Shown here: positions 40,960 to 54,589 of the stretch, in pieces
Position numbering within the stretch: the stretch's first letter is position 1
Layout: each line of letters begins with the position of its first letter
Origin: Camelus ferus
Lineage: Eukaryota
Direction of reading: 5' to 3'
DNA: 64,000 bases
Assembly: GCF_009834535.1 (NCBI RefSeq)
Contig: NC_045696.1
Span: 30,196,001 to 30,260,000, forward strand
Notes under the pieces: model-generated
What the model saw: only the letters and a program-made list of their open reading frames with translations
Database searches by the model: none
What the model was told of the DNA's origin: nothing
Made by a program: the position numbers and the translations under genes

Positions 40960-41150
40960 GGACACACAGGCTTTGAAGTGAATATTCTTTGCTTTCTGCA
41001 TCAACCTGGATACGTTACTTAACATCTCTCTCTGAGTCTTAGCGTTCTAATATATAAAGTTGGAATGGAACTATTTTACAGTGTCTTTGTGAGAATTCCA
41101 CACCATATTTGTAAGGCTGACAGGGTCTGGCACATAGAAGCATGTAAAAT
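40960..41150. mobile_element. MIR remnant
   Basis: caggctttgaag...gttacttaacatctctctctgagtcttagc...tgtaagg...ctggcacatag is MIR-like. Confidence 0.6.
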
Positions 41151-42394
41151 ATTGCATATTTTGCTTCTATTGTTTTCCACCAAATTTAAATTCTGATATA
41201 GTGTGCAAAGTCTAGATGGAAATTTGTCTCTACTTTTGTCTTGCTAATCATTCAGTGTAAATATTAATAAAGATAAAAATCAAGATAGAAGGAGAGATAG
41301 AACATGAAATGAAATGGATACTTCTGTAAGGTTATCGATCCTGCAGGTAATTTATTTATCTATTGCATCACTGTGATTATGATTTTGAAAAACACTGCAT
41401 AAAAAGATTCATAAGGTGTATAGTCTAGAGTAAGTATAAACTGAATTAGGAAAAAACTTTAAAATACTTGAGGAAGTTAAAATTCTCAAAACTAGCACTT
41501 GATAAAGCATAGATTTTAAAATACGATTTAAAATAAATTAAGATATTAACTTTTGAAATATCTAATTGTTATCTTTTGTGTTAAACGAAGGAAAAGAAAA
41601 AACAAGGATAATTATTTGTAATCATTATTATTTTTAAGAACAATTTTCATAGCAGTGAATGTCTGGATATCTGGGTAATAATTGTACTCACTCTGAGACT
41701 TAATAGATTATTGTTATAATGTCAGAAAAATATATAATTAGCTTTTTAAGGACATAGTATGTCACTTATTAATGTGTGTGCAAGACAATAATCATTTAAG
41801 TTCAAATAGTGATAAAAGAATGCATATTGTTATGTATGTATTGAGCCAGAAAACAAATCTGTAGAAGTTAAATAGGGAAAAAGATCTTAGACATTGCATT
41901 ACTCTCTAATAAAGTGATAAAGCCTTTTTGTTAGGGCTAAAAACGTTCTATTTCAAATGGCTGTTAATCATGTGGAAATAACTGAAAAACATTATTTTTT
42001 TCTTATTCAGATCATCATGAAGGCCAACAGCTTTATAACGCAGAGGCCATAATTTAAATAGTGAAAAATAAAGCTTTTGAGACTCTGAGGACTTATTTTT
42101 TCCAAAGAAAAAGAGAGGTGCTAATATTTCCAAAGTGTAATTTGATACTGAGTTCTGCTAATGAGTGTAGATATTTTACAGATACATTTATACAGCATAA
42201 CAAAATAACTTCTGAAAATGCTTTCTTCTTAGTTTTTGAAAATACTTCAGACAGTTCTTCATTCTGAAATAGTACCATTGCCTATATCAAGGATATATTA
42301 AATTTTTAACAATTGGAACAGTAATATAAATTAATACATGTTATCATATATAGATAGCAATGTATTAATTTTAAAATTTAAATAATCGCTTCCT

Positions 42395-42585
42395 AAGAAA
42401 ACTATTTGCAACGATGGAAATGTTTCTTCACTGTACAATATGGTAGCCACTAACCACATGTGGCTGTTGAACATCTGAAATACAGCTAGCATGTCTCATG
42501 AAATAAATATTAATTTTAATAAATTTAAATGGAACTTTTAATCACCATATATGATTGATGCCTTGCCTTCCATATTAGAAAACAT
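42395..42585. mobile_element. MER3 hAT-Charlie MITE
   Basis: gatggaaatgtt...caatatggtagccactaaccacatgtggctgttgaacatctgaaa matches recalled MER3. Confidence 0.85.
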
Positions 42586-42789
42586 ACCTTTATAAACTGA
42601 ACTACATATATCATAAATCTGATTATCAAAGGTATACATTGTAGTGGAAATCAGTCACCAAATCCTTCTAATAATTTCCCAATCATTTCTTGATTGTTTC
42701 AAAATTGTATGAAGTGACATCAATAGGTAAAACATGTCCTTATCTGGTCTCCAATCTGACAAAAGGAATTGTCTAATACATTCTTATCC

Positions 42790-43105
42790 TCTGATTTTCC
42801 CAGCTTCTGGACTTTGCTGCAGCCAGAGGGCACCCAGGTGCTCGGCCACCTGTCCTAGATGGTACATAGATGGTGTCAGTGCTTCCCACAATGACTGTTC
42901 TCAGAAAGACCTTGGTGACTGTTGATAATGTTTCCAAAAATACTGCCTGTTTTGTCACCTGCTCCACCGCCCCCATGAAGTTGAATTCCTTGGCACTGTG
43001 GGTGGATACAGCACATGCATTCACCTGTGCCACCTGTCCCCTTAATGCACTTAGTGACCACTGGGAGCATCTCTGCCGGGTCCTATTGACTGCCACTACG
43101 TGGCC
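42790..43105 (-). pseudogene. Possible highly decayed kinesin motor-domain (kinesin-2-like) fragment
   Basis: Stop-free frame GQVAQVN...AKEFNFMGAVEQVTKQ...VIVGSTDTIYVPSRTG, compared by eye with recalled kinesin motifs K.F.FD...KQ and V..G.NGTIFAYGQTG. The P-loop lysine is absent. Unverified. Confidence 0.2.
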
Positions 43106-44289
43106 TCAGTACGTAAATCAACCAGTAGGGAAATATTTGAATATTCTAATAACTGCTACAACCTTTGTTGATCATAATCACTAATTGTATAGGCTTGGAA
43201 AATAAAGGATTTTTTGTTTGTTTTTTCTGGCATTTGTTTATTGCCTTAGGTATTAGCAGGGACTCAGAAGGTAGTTTTGTATCTACCTTCTGTATATATA
43301 TCACTTAGGATATTCATACATTTTAAGGAGCTGCATATGTTTAAGATAGGAATAAAAAAGAAAGAGGAAGAAAAAGGCATGTTTACCCAGTTGAAACAAC
43401 ACCTTTTTACTTTCTGTCTGGATGACTTCTGTTTGGTTGATTTATTAATACATTTTGATCTTCTCTGATGTAGTTTAACATCTGTTCAATTATCATATTC
43501 TTAACACACATTTCCTCGCATGTTTTCTGCTCCATCTTCCCTTTGTTCTCTTGGACAAATTGAGTGATGTTGATGTCATTCGGGATGTGCGATATTAAAG
43601 GTTAAGTGGAGATTATGCAAGTGAAGTAAGCCATCAGGCTACAGTTGAAGAAGTTCAAAGGAAAAATAATGGGAGAAAAGGCATTCAACAGAAAGAGAAA
43701 GAGAGTTAGAAAAGTAAAAGGAAGACATATATTTTAAAATCCAGAATTTTGGTGATTTTTTTTGACTCATTTGCTGTTCCAATACAAATCGGATGGATAT
43801 CAGATTTTGCCATTTCAGTACGAATCTGATAATATATCACTATTACCTTAGCTTTCTGAAAAAAATCATCGTACTGAAGTTATGTTATCAGAGAGAGAAT
43901 ATTTCCTACTTTCTTTTTTCTGTGCTTTCTCCTAATTGCTTAATTTTGCAACATCGTCTCTTAAAAGGTTTAACTTGATTTTCTGAATGAAAATTAACTC
44001 TTATTTTTAATTTTGAAAGCTTTAAGGTCTCAAGTATGTTTTATTTTATAATCTATACCTTTCAATTCTACCTTCTCTTTTAGTTTTTGCAGAGCTTTTA
44101 ATATACAATAGTGTAATAAAGAGAAATACAAGGACCCAAGCTGGAATTCAGTTTCTGTATATTCTCATTTCTCCCCTTCCTATTATGAGAAATAAAACTG
44201 TCAAGCCAAACATTAATATGAAATGCAGATATTCTTTGCTAATATCAAGACTCTCTTTAAATAATCATTGTTAAATGATGACCTAAGAA

Positions 44290-44340
44290 ACACACACACA
44301 CAGACACACAGACATACACACACACACAAACACATACATA
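44290..44340 (+). repeat. Imperfect (CA)n microsatellite
   Basis: acacacacacacagacacacagacatacacacacacac seen directly. Confidence 0.85.
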
Positions 44341-46469
44341 TCTGACCAGTCAACTTAAAATGTAAAAATCTATGGATGACTTTTACCACCAAGTAATTTT
44401 ATTTACAGCTTTTGTTTTACTGAATCAGTTATTCTAAGTACATATTAGATTTCATAATGTTCTCAATTGTCTGTCATTTTTAAAATACGGATTGCCGTGG
44501 ACTTCAAAATGCAGAGAGAGAAAATTATAAATTTCTTTTATAGAGATGTTTGGGCGAAGTTAGTTTCAGTATATTGAAATTAAAACTCCTAGCAATAAAA
44601 ATTTGATTTCAGTTGTTATTATTTTATCAACTGCATAATGAAATACAGTGAAAAGATCTTACATAGAAAATAGTGGATACAAAAAGCGAGGAGCAGAAAG
44701 TGGCAGGAGGAACAGCTCATATTTACCTGCAGCCATGTGACTAATTACCATGACTAGAGAATCCTTTTTTGTTTGTTTTATTTTCAGCAATATAATACGT
44801 CTCAATTTTTGAGACTAAAGCTTGACTCTGAAACTTCAGAGGGAGTCTTCTCCACTCATTCTCTCCCAAACATTTTTTTTTTTAACAATCAGTACTGTTT
44901 TACTCATGTGAGAATATAAAATTAAACTGAGGGAGTAAAAACATCAATTAGAGGTAGTTTTAAAGTACAGTATTGCTTTCTTGCTTCTTCTATAACCTTT
45001 ATACATGGTAAAGGTAAACATTTAGTTATTTGGATATGGCTATAATTTTATCAGATTATACACACACACACCACCCTGTTTTTATTTATCAGTTAAAAAT
45101 AATTTTCCCTACACGGTTTTTACATTTAAATTTCTGCTGTGGTTTTAATTGACTTTGTAGCACATCATATTGAACAAGAAACTGGCAGAGAAATATTTCC
45201 ATATGTAGTTCCAACCTCCAAATACCTCAGGTAATTATTGCAGTAGAGGGAGGGGAGATTACAGTGGATCAAGCTATCCTATTTTAATTGTACTGATCAT
45301 ATTTCACAGTGGTTACAGAAGCCCCTTGTGGACTGTATGAGTTAAATATGCCTTCCAAAAGGAACAGCCTCACCCTTTTGGAACAGTGGAGTTAGTTTCT
45401 GTAACGTACAGTGTCACTCCATAACTTAATGAATGAAAATTAATTATCTCCATGATTACCTATAACTTGGGTCAATCCCATGAATACTGTTGAATCTGAA
45501 GTATCAGTTGTCAGTCTGTTCCGATTGCAGATTTAGTTTCCTTGCTCTTTCACGACAACCTGAATCTAAAAATGCCACCATGAACTTGTGTGTGTGTCTA
45601 AGGAATCTTATTGAAGTAAATGTATTTGTTTTGTTTTGTTTTTCATAGACCTTATTTCTTTCAAACAATGTTATAATTCAACTATATGGAATGAATTAAG
45701 TTTCAATAGTGATTCATTATTTAAGTTAACAGTTTTCAGCTAAAGTGTCCTGGCAATACTTAGCAATCTGAAACTGCTAAAAGAGAAACTACGTTCTCAA
45801 CAAAATAGAATGTTTACAGTAATATTTTTATTAAGTTACACTTTCAAACTCGATGTATAATGTTTCATGGAAAATCTTCAGTGTATTTTTATCTAGAACT
45901 TCTAACTAAATTTGGAGAATGGGAGGCAAAGATCTGAATGGCCAAACCTAGAATAAATGCATGAGAGATTTCACCTCAAATGTGAGTTCTTTATTCAAAA
46001 TGTAGTAATAAAAATAAGTTGTAAAGGGTATTACTTATTTAATTTCTTCAAGAGTTAGTCATTTAACTCAATTAGAAAAATTTGAGCTTTTATTGTGACC
46101 AAGACGTTACGTAAGTGCTTCTCCCACACTGTGACATCTAGATAGGATAAGAAACTCTAATACATGCAGAAGTAAAGCTTTGGCTCTGAGATTCCAGAAT
46201 GTCTTGAAAATTGGAGAGAATCAGTGAATCTCGCTAATTTCTAACCTGAATAGTTTTATTTTATATATCTGTTACCACCCACAGGAACTGAAGAAGTATT
46301 TAGTCAATATGACATTTTGTTCTTAGAAATTAGAGTTAAGCATTGAGAAATAGTGTGTTTGTAAATGGCTTATCACAACAAATTGACACTAGTAGGCTTG
46401 AAAAATTTAGTAAGAGGTGTCAGATTTCTAGGACAAAAGAAAAATGGAGTAAGAGTTTACTGGTTGAAT

Positions 46470-46950
46470 TAACTCACTGATTCATTTCTTCAAACAAAAT
46501 GTATTATACATCTACTTAACATATGCTACAGACTACCTTAGGGATTGAGCATGCACCGGTGAGTAGGACATTATTCCTCCCCTCAAAGACATTATATAAT
46601 TTGTGGGTAATATTTATATAAGTAAAAATTATAATAGAACATGATATGTTCTGTATTAATATATGTCTAGGGAGCTATAGAAATACAGAGAGATTCTACC
46701 TCAGCTAACAGATATTATAGGTTGGAGAAAATTACCAAGAAATAATGATATTTTTGTTGAGTTTTGGAAGTCAGCAAGGTGGAGGCAATATGACAGATTT
46801 TAAAGAGCCAAGAAACAACTTATCATAATATTTCTGGAAAACTTCAAGCATAGGGTGTTTGTAGAATCCTTACAGAAGATGAATTTTGAGAGACTAACAA
46901 GGAGCATATTGTATTTCTGTCATGATCATTATTAGTTTTACTCTATTGGC
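46470..46950 (-). mobile_element. L2 remnant
   Basis: cactgattcatttcttcaaacaaaatgtattatacatctact (L2 tail, reverse); gtgagtaggacattattcctcccctcaaag. Confidence 0.55.
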
Positions 46951-46983
46951 ATAAATGAGACAAACACTGTATTTCAGTTGTTT

Positions 46984-47003
46984 TGTGTGTGTGTGTGTGT
47001 GTG
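46984..47003 (+). repeat. (TG)10 microsatellite
   Basis: Seen directly. Confidence 0.9.
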
Positions 47004-50000
47004 GGTTTGTCTGTATTTTCTTGAACCTAGAGTTTTAAATGTTATTTTGAATATGTATAACTAGTATTCACTGTTCTGAAGTGTATTAGGTAAAATAGTA
47101 AGTTGATTTTAAGGTGGGCAGTGCTAACCATGACTGCGATATGTGGGATGCACCGGAAGATACAAGGCTGAAGATAAAGAAACACTTTAAAAGCCCTATG
47201 TGAGTGCAGAACTTTGTTAATCTCTTTCACGACTGTGCATACAGCACTAGAAGAGCTCCTGGTGTACTGGTAGGTGCACAACAAGCACTTACTAAAGAAA
47301 AAAGTTATATCACAGTATTGCAGTCCCTGAGGAGTAAGGCTGTTGCTACTAAAAGAATGCAGAGGAATTTGTATTGAAGACTTTTCGGAAATGGAATCAC
47401 GGGGGCAAGTTTAACAAATGTATATGCTTGGGTATGGAGAGGGAAATAGGCAAGCAGAGGATGTTTCCCAGGTTGCTGACTTGGGCTTCTGCATGGGATG
47501 GTGATGCTATTAACTGAAATAGGAAATATAGGAAGAGCTTTGGCTCTTTAAGTTTCCCTGGAAGTTAATGATCAAACATCACTTAGCTTACCTATGAATT
47601 CTGTCGGTTAAGATGAATTTTGACAGAAAAAGTTACCTGCAGAAAAATCTATGTGCACTCATTCCATCTCTCGCATAGATTAGCTTTTACTTCCCTTTTA
47701 AAAGAATATTCCCACCAGAATATAATTCTTGACAGAAAAGAAGAAGAGAAAATGAAGGCTTATACAGCTATTCTTTATATCATCTGGTAATTTAACTCTC
47801 TGTGATACAAGTCCCGGGTAAATCCTTTTCTCGTTACTTTTCATACTTAAAAATTTGTTTAAATAGCAGATTACACCCTATCTTTTCATATTTGGATAAT
47901 TTTGTCATTGATTCATTTAAATGCATCTTCTTTTGGGGTTTGTTGGTAATTTGCTCAGAGAAAGGCAGTGGAAACAGAGAGGCGTTTTGGAGATTACATT
48001 TGGCAGTGCCTGTAACTGATTGGATGAAGGAAGTAAGTCGGGGAGATTCAGAGAAACACGCTTCTTTAAACAGTAGAACTGAGGTTTGAGTGACCAGTAA
48101 AGGAACAAGTTGTTTTGTTTACTTTGATCACATTACTTGTACTTGTTTCCTTATATTAAATGAAATATTTTACTTTGAAAAAGAAAAATACAAAAACATC
48201 TTTCATATGATACAATGCAATGGTTTCTTCCAAGTGACTTCTGGAAATGACTGTAAAAGGAGAGATGGTTCTGTTGTCAGGTGTTTTGAGACGTCAACAG
48301 TATATTTAATCTCTGGTGACAGTGTTGTACACCCTAATTAGAAACTCTCTTGTTGCCATGTATCTAAATGTCCTAAGGATGCTATTTGTGGCTATTTCTC
48401 CAAAATTATAAGTCTACCTGCTTTCTCTCTGACTATAGGTATTTTTGACATGTTCTGTTTTACTTGTACCTCAGTTGACATAATATTTTTCAACAAATTC
48501 ATGTGTTACTTTTAAAGTAACTTAATTCACCTCTTGTAGACAAAAAGAAACATTTCCTTTCTGTGGTCATTCAGGATGAGATGGTGACACCAGAGGTCTC
48601 AGTAACACCGCTTCAGGGAAATATTTCTAGGATCTGACACATTCAGCAGAGAAAAGAAAGATGAAAAACTGGCCTTTTTCTGAAAATGTGATAAAAGCAA
48701 CATCATACCAGAAGAAAACTAACAGTGAATGGAGGTAGATCCACCTGCGGAGACCTGGAGGTCAACGCACATTCAAGTGCAGATCAGAGAATGAGCTTCC
48801 CCAGAAGAGGAAACGGGAGATCTGAAAGAGAATTCTTTTCATAGAAAGGAAGTGCTCTGTTTAACAGAGCTTGACTTCAGTATCAGTCAATTCAGGCAGC
48901 TCGACACAGAGGAAGCATCTCAGCCCAGTGTCCGAGGAGAGTAGGCACTTCATGGACCTTTGAGCAAACATGCCAGGAGGTCATTTTAAAACAGCTACCC
49001 TTGCTTGGATTCACAATGTGAGTCATACCACGAGGGAGAATTTCTTGCTCCAGGTGGAAATTAGAGTCACTATAAATATTTTAAAAAACCAATGAAGGAA
49101 GCCCAATTGTAAAATAACACCAAGGGGATGTTCCTTTTAGCTGAAAAGGTCACAATGATTCATGCAGAACACAAGGCATATTCTAATGGTATAAGGTCAC
49201 TTTGAGCATCCAAATGGTTATTAATGCAAAGAAAATCCAACATTGCTTTTCAAGGAGGTAAAATTTTTGGGAATAGATTCTTAAGGGGGAAAAAAAAAGC
49301 TGTAAAACTACAGGTGTGAGAAGAGAATGTAAGATCAAGCCAATAATCCTGCTGTGAAGAAGCTGTAGGGAAGCTAAAAACTACTAAAACCTGTCAGACT
49401 TTTGTAATTAAATGCTGGTAGTGACACCTAAATATGCTAGGATATATATATTATTATGTACTTAAATATAATCTTCAAACTAAAAGTTTTCTAACCTGAA
49501 AGTGATTTAAAAAGCAAAACATGTTTTTTTGTAAAAATACATTAAGTGGAATTTTATCTATAGGCTAATCCAAAAAGTCCTATTTGACCTAAAATATAGC
49601 TGGGATTACATTAGTTTATATATTTTTGTTCTAACCAACTTATTTTTCATTGTATTATAAAGATCATGTTCTCCACCTCATTCTTTTGTTTCTTCTTTCA
49701 ATGTTTTTATTTTCCAGTTAAGGAGGCTTTGTGACATCTTAGATTACTTAGCCAAAAGGCATGGTCATGGAAGTGGGAATATATCTTCTGTCCTAACTAT
49801 TATCCTATGGAGATGGAAATTTTGGATTCTAGTTAAAAAGAGAAAAAGCAATTGAGAGAGGACTTCCAATTTTAGAACCATGAGAATTCCTCCCCAAAGG
49901 GTCATTGATTTAATATTAGGTAATTTTTTATAAAGGTCATTTATAGGTGGATTTTTTACTACAAGTCAAAGAAGAATGTGGGTTTGGGGGGTTTTGTGAT

Positions 50001-50079
50001 TCATAGAAGAATCAAGTCATAACTGAATGTCATAAAACAGAGAAGAACGTGGATTCTTTTGCTTTTTGGTTACAGGTTG

Positions 50080-50530
50080 TAACAGAATCAGCAATCAAAA
50101 CGATGTCAAAGATGTGTTAGATAACTGAGTGTAACAAAATAAAGTTCAATAGGAATAAATTTAGTAGCAGACTTGTGTCCAAAAAATCCATCTGTACTGT
50201 ACTGTATGTGAGAGACCAGTGTATATAGGTATAAATACATTTGGAGGCTTTCTGACTGTGAAGGAAATCTGAGCCAGCAGTGAAATCTGGTTGCCAAATT
50301 GATACAATCTTTGGCTTCGTAATTAGTAATAATCAGTGGGAAGTGATAGTCCCACTCCACCTTGCACAATCTGCTGTCGGACCACAAATGGAACTCTGTT
50401 CAGTTTTGTTGGATGAGAGTTTAAGAGTCAAAAACATGATGCATACTCAGAGGTGCGTAGCCAGTGATTTGAGTGGACTTGTATCAGTGGCATATGAGGA
50501 ATGATTAAAAGGGGTAGAATCATTTCCTAT
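50080..50530 (+). mobile_element. CR1/L3 LINE ORF2 remnant
   Basis: gagccagcagtg... and the peptide EVIVPLHLAQSAVGPQMELC resemble the CR1 ORF2 motif [23 protein letters not shown]. Confidence 0.75.
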
Positions 50531-51887
50531 GAAGAGTGGAAAATCATGGGGCAGCAAATAGGCCCACACTAATGGACCTCAGAGGCCAAACACCTTATGG
50601 GACCACATCATAAGTAACTCAATATATATCGGCTCTGAAACATGGAGGATGTGAATAGAAATCTAAAATAATTGTACTTTCCTAATACTATTAATAAAAT
50701 TTTTGACACATCAACATTTTGAATTATTTCAGAAAACATTATCACGATTTTGGGCCCTGTTTTGCTGATGCTCTAAGCATATACTCCAGAACGTTCTAGA
50801 GATATGATGAACTGCTTGGGGAGATAGAGAGTTTCCAAATACTAGAACTATTCCAACTGTGAAGGTAATATATTCATTATTCAAGTATTCAAAGTGTAGT
50901 TGAAGCAGATGACTGCCCAAGTTTCTTTTAAATCAAGCAGTACTATTTTCATTCTTAAATAATAATTTCTTTCCTATTACTTCAATTCATATATAAATTG
51001 AATCTATTACATAGAAATTTTCAGATGAAATAAACTGAGATAAATTAGGTTAATATATGTTAGCTTCTATATTTAACTAAGCTTTTTACTGAAGTGAAAG
51101 TTATTAAGTCTCCTTTTCAATTCTGTATTAACCTCATCGCAGCTTTCTTGGTATTGATTTGGCACTTTATTCATAGTTTGCTTATGAAGATTATTGGTAG
51201 ATCATACAAAGTGAGACACAAATTTTCCATTTGACCACAGGGGATACATTTTTTTTCTATCCATTTTCTATTATCATCTGAAAAGTAGTCTCATTTTTAG
51301 TGGAAATAGTTGTTTCATGTGCCCACACAAAAATAAAGGGACTTCATTTCATTTAGAATGGCTTAAATAAATATATTTGGTTTCAGAAATACAGAAGTTG
51401 TGTTTTTTACTCTTAGGGTGAAATTCTAAACTCTAGAAAAAATATCAATATTTTAGGTCTTATTTCAGACATAATTTGCTTCAGGAATTATAAAGAAATC
51501 TCCCATAGGAGTTTAAAATGACTAAAAAGCAATGTATAAGTTAAGATTCCCCCACCCCCATATCTTGAATGATTACATTTGGACTTAAAGTATGTCCTGA
51601 TTCCTATTTTCATTTAGCCACTTTGTCGCATGCCATAAAGAAAACATGGGGTTTGGCTTTTATAAATTTTTAAATAATTTGCAAACCAATACACTGGAAA
51701 CCAGGTGTCAGAAATTATATTTTGACAATAAATAATATTTCTCTTGAATTTGTAACTCCTTAGCAGCTTATGAACAATATTCATTTGTTTGTGCAAGCAG
51801 TCAAACAAACATGAACCCAGAGCTCACATTTGAGTAGTATTACATATAAATAATTAAATATAGGTAAAAATTTAACTTTCTGTTTTT

Positions 51888-51917
<30 letters not shown>
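51888..51917 (+). repeat. (ATC)10 trinucleotide microsatellite
   Basis: Ten perfect ATC units counted. Confidence 0.95.
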
Positions 51918-51918
<1 letters not shown>

Positions 51919-52809
51919 CAATATTTGGTGTACCTGTAAGCACCAAAGAGGTAGATATAATAAAATATAAAAAATGACATATATAATTATTTTACATATA
52001 ATTGAATAAATGTTTATATAATTACAATAAGTTTATAATTAATATTATTTTAAAAGTTTTATTGTTGCTGTTATTATAAATGTGGGGGTCTCTGAAAAGC
52101 CTACCCCTCCCTCTGTTGCTCCAGAGCTGGAATTACTGTCTAGCTAAATGCGTGTAGCCTTGTTTTTTCTGGACTCGACTGATTGGGCCAGAGGTGAACA
52201 TATACTATCCTAGAGTGTTAACTGGTCCAATAAGTTTCCTTTTGCTGAGTATTTGTGCTTGAAGACACTAGGATAGTCAAACGTAAAAACAGAATTTGTT
52301 ATATTATATCAACTTAGTACCTGATGGTGCCAGTCAATTTGAGGCAACTGTTCTGGTCTATGAAAAAGGAGATTATGAGATCCAGAGTACAGAGGGAAAG
52401 TAATAAGTAAAGGCCATAAAGTGAGAGTGGAAAGAGAAAGCGAGAGACAGATTATCTTTTACACCAGTTGATTCTCATTTCCCATGTTAGTTCCTTGTGA
52501 ATTCCCACACCGTTTCCTTCCTTATACATTCCCTAATTAGCTTCATTCCAGAATCAATCTGAATGTATATATGTTCCTTAAAATAAAATAATCCCTGATC
52601 AACATATGCAAATAAACAAAGCTTGTATTTTTGCTATTATTTTCTTTATATTACAATTAAAATAACTTAAGCTCAATGAGGTTATATTTGTTTATATTTA
52701 TTCTACAGAAATATTCTTTTCTTATCTCATTATTTTGTTTTTACAAGTGGGTATTTTTATGAAAATAAAATGAACATATAATAAAATAGACAGACTCTAA
52801 CTGTCCAGC

Positions 52810-54430
52810 TAGATGAGATGGGTATATCAGTAGTTCATTTGTTTTATTGCTGACTAGTATTCCACTGCATGAATATGCTACAATTTGTTAATTCAGTTTT
52901 CTGTTAATGAACATTTGTTTTTGTTTTTGTTTTTCAGTTTTTATCTATTATGGATAAAGCGCCTATAAACACTTTTGTACAAGTCTTTTTGTTGATATAT
53001 GCTTGTGTTTCTCTTGACTAATTAGGACTGGAATGATTTTTTTATAAGACACCCCCAAAATAAGTCTTTAAATTGTTTGTGCTGTTTTATATTCTTATCA
53101 GCAATATATGAGATTTCTGTGTTGCTTTGTTTCCTGTTCAGTGTTTGGTATTGTCAGGTTTTGTTTTTCCATTATACTGGCTGTGAAATGTGATCTCATT
53201 GTAGTTTTAATTAGCATTTCCTTAATGGCTAATGATGATTAGCAGTTTTTCATGTGCTTACTGGCTATTTGTATATTTTATTTCATGTTATGGCTATTCA
53301 TATCTTACCTTTTTAAAATGAGGTTATCCTTTTATGGATGATTTTTAGAATTTCTTTATATATTCTGAATACTAGTCCTTTGTGAGATATATGTTCTATT
53401 AATTATTAATTTTCTTCCAGTCTTTGCCTTCTTTAATAATTGTGTGAAACATGTTTTTTGATGAGGAGAAATATTTAATTTGGAAGACATCCAATTTATC
53501 AATTATTTCTGTCTTTTATGGTTTGTGATTTTTTTGTTCTGACAGGGGAATTTTTTTTTAATTTGTCTACTCTATGGCTGTAAAGGTATTCTTTTTAAGA
53601 ACTATGAAAAGTCTGAGATTTTATCTTACTTGCAAGCAAATAAATTAGATCACTACGGTTTCAGAATATTCAGTACCCAGGGCTCAGATACAAAACACTT
53701 TAACAGTCAAGAAACAATAAACAATGTGAACTTTTTGTCATATTCCTTTGACCCCAAATCCCACGAGAGTGATATGGATTGGCCATGATTGGTGTTTATA
53801 TGTTCAGAGGGTTGAGTTATAAGAGAGAAACTGTGAGTTTAGGAAATCTGAATCTTTTATAATAGGCAGGAAGCTTGCCAACCCTTTGTTCTGGAGGGAA
53901 GCGTTATCCTAATTATATTAGACAGTGAGCATACCTTTGTTCCAAAAGGAGATACTGTATTTTTCAAGGCTATAAGCAAACCTGTCCTTTGTTCCAGAGA
54001 GAGACACTACTTCTAACTTCCAAGACTGATTACTATACAAACATCCTTTAAAAGGCAATGCAAAAAGATAGTGCCTCTCCTCTGGAGACATGTGAGAACA
54101 GGAGAGACCCATGGGGAATTGTGCTGTAATTCTTTTAGGTGTCTTTCTAAAGGCTTTAAGATTTCTGGTTTTACACTGAAGTTTAGAGCTTATTGCATAT
54201 TAAATTTTGTGTGTGGAGTGAGATAATCATCATGGTTATTTTTTGACAAGCACAGATATTCATTTGTTCCAGGAATATGTATAAAAAAATACTTTTTTAC
54301 CTCCCTATTGAATTGATTTGGTTCCTTTTGCTAAAATCAATTGACTGTATATATTTGGGCCTATTTCTATACTCTCCATTCTAGATTTGCTTATTCTTAT
54401 AACAATACCAACATTAATTTAATTAATGTA
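52810..54430 (-). mobile_element. L1ME-like fragment split by an LTR insertion
   Basis: L1 antisense motifs (tagtattccactgcatgaatatg; ctcattgtagttttaattagcatttccttaatggctaatgat) occur at 52810-53590 and resume at ~54130. Confidence 0.75.
53597..54125 (-). mobile_element. MER68/MER77-like ERVL LTR nested in L1
   Basis: The reverse complement aattccccatgggtctctc...aaggatgtttgtatag...tagtgtctctctctggaacaaaggacaggtttgctta matches recalled MER68/77. Confidence 0.75.
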
Positions 54431-54589
54431 GAAAAAGATAAGATTTTAGTAAAAGAAAAGATTTTAGTAGTTTTTGCATAATATAGTTGACTTTCATTGT
54501 TTAGGATCATTTTCTAAGTCAAAATGATGATTCTACTAGTGATGGCTTGAATAATCTTTCCTTGGATTCTATTTTTCCTTACAGATAAC

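Noticed and set aside
25203..48032. Other plus-strand exon-like segments (25203-25278, 45161-45230, 47959-48032)
   Set aside because: They form no coherent reading-frame chain and no recognisable protein. Several such segments are expected by chance in 64 kb.
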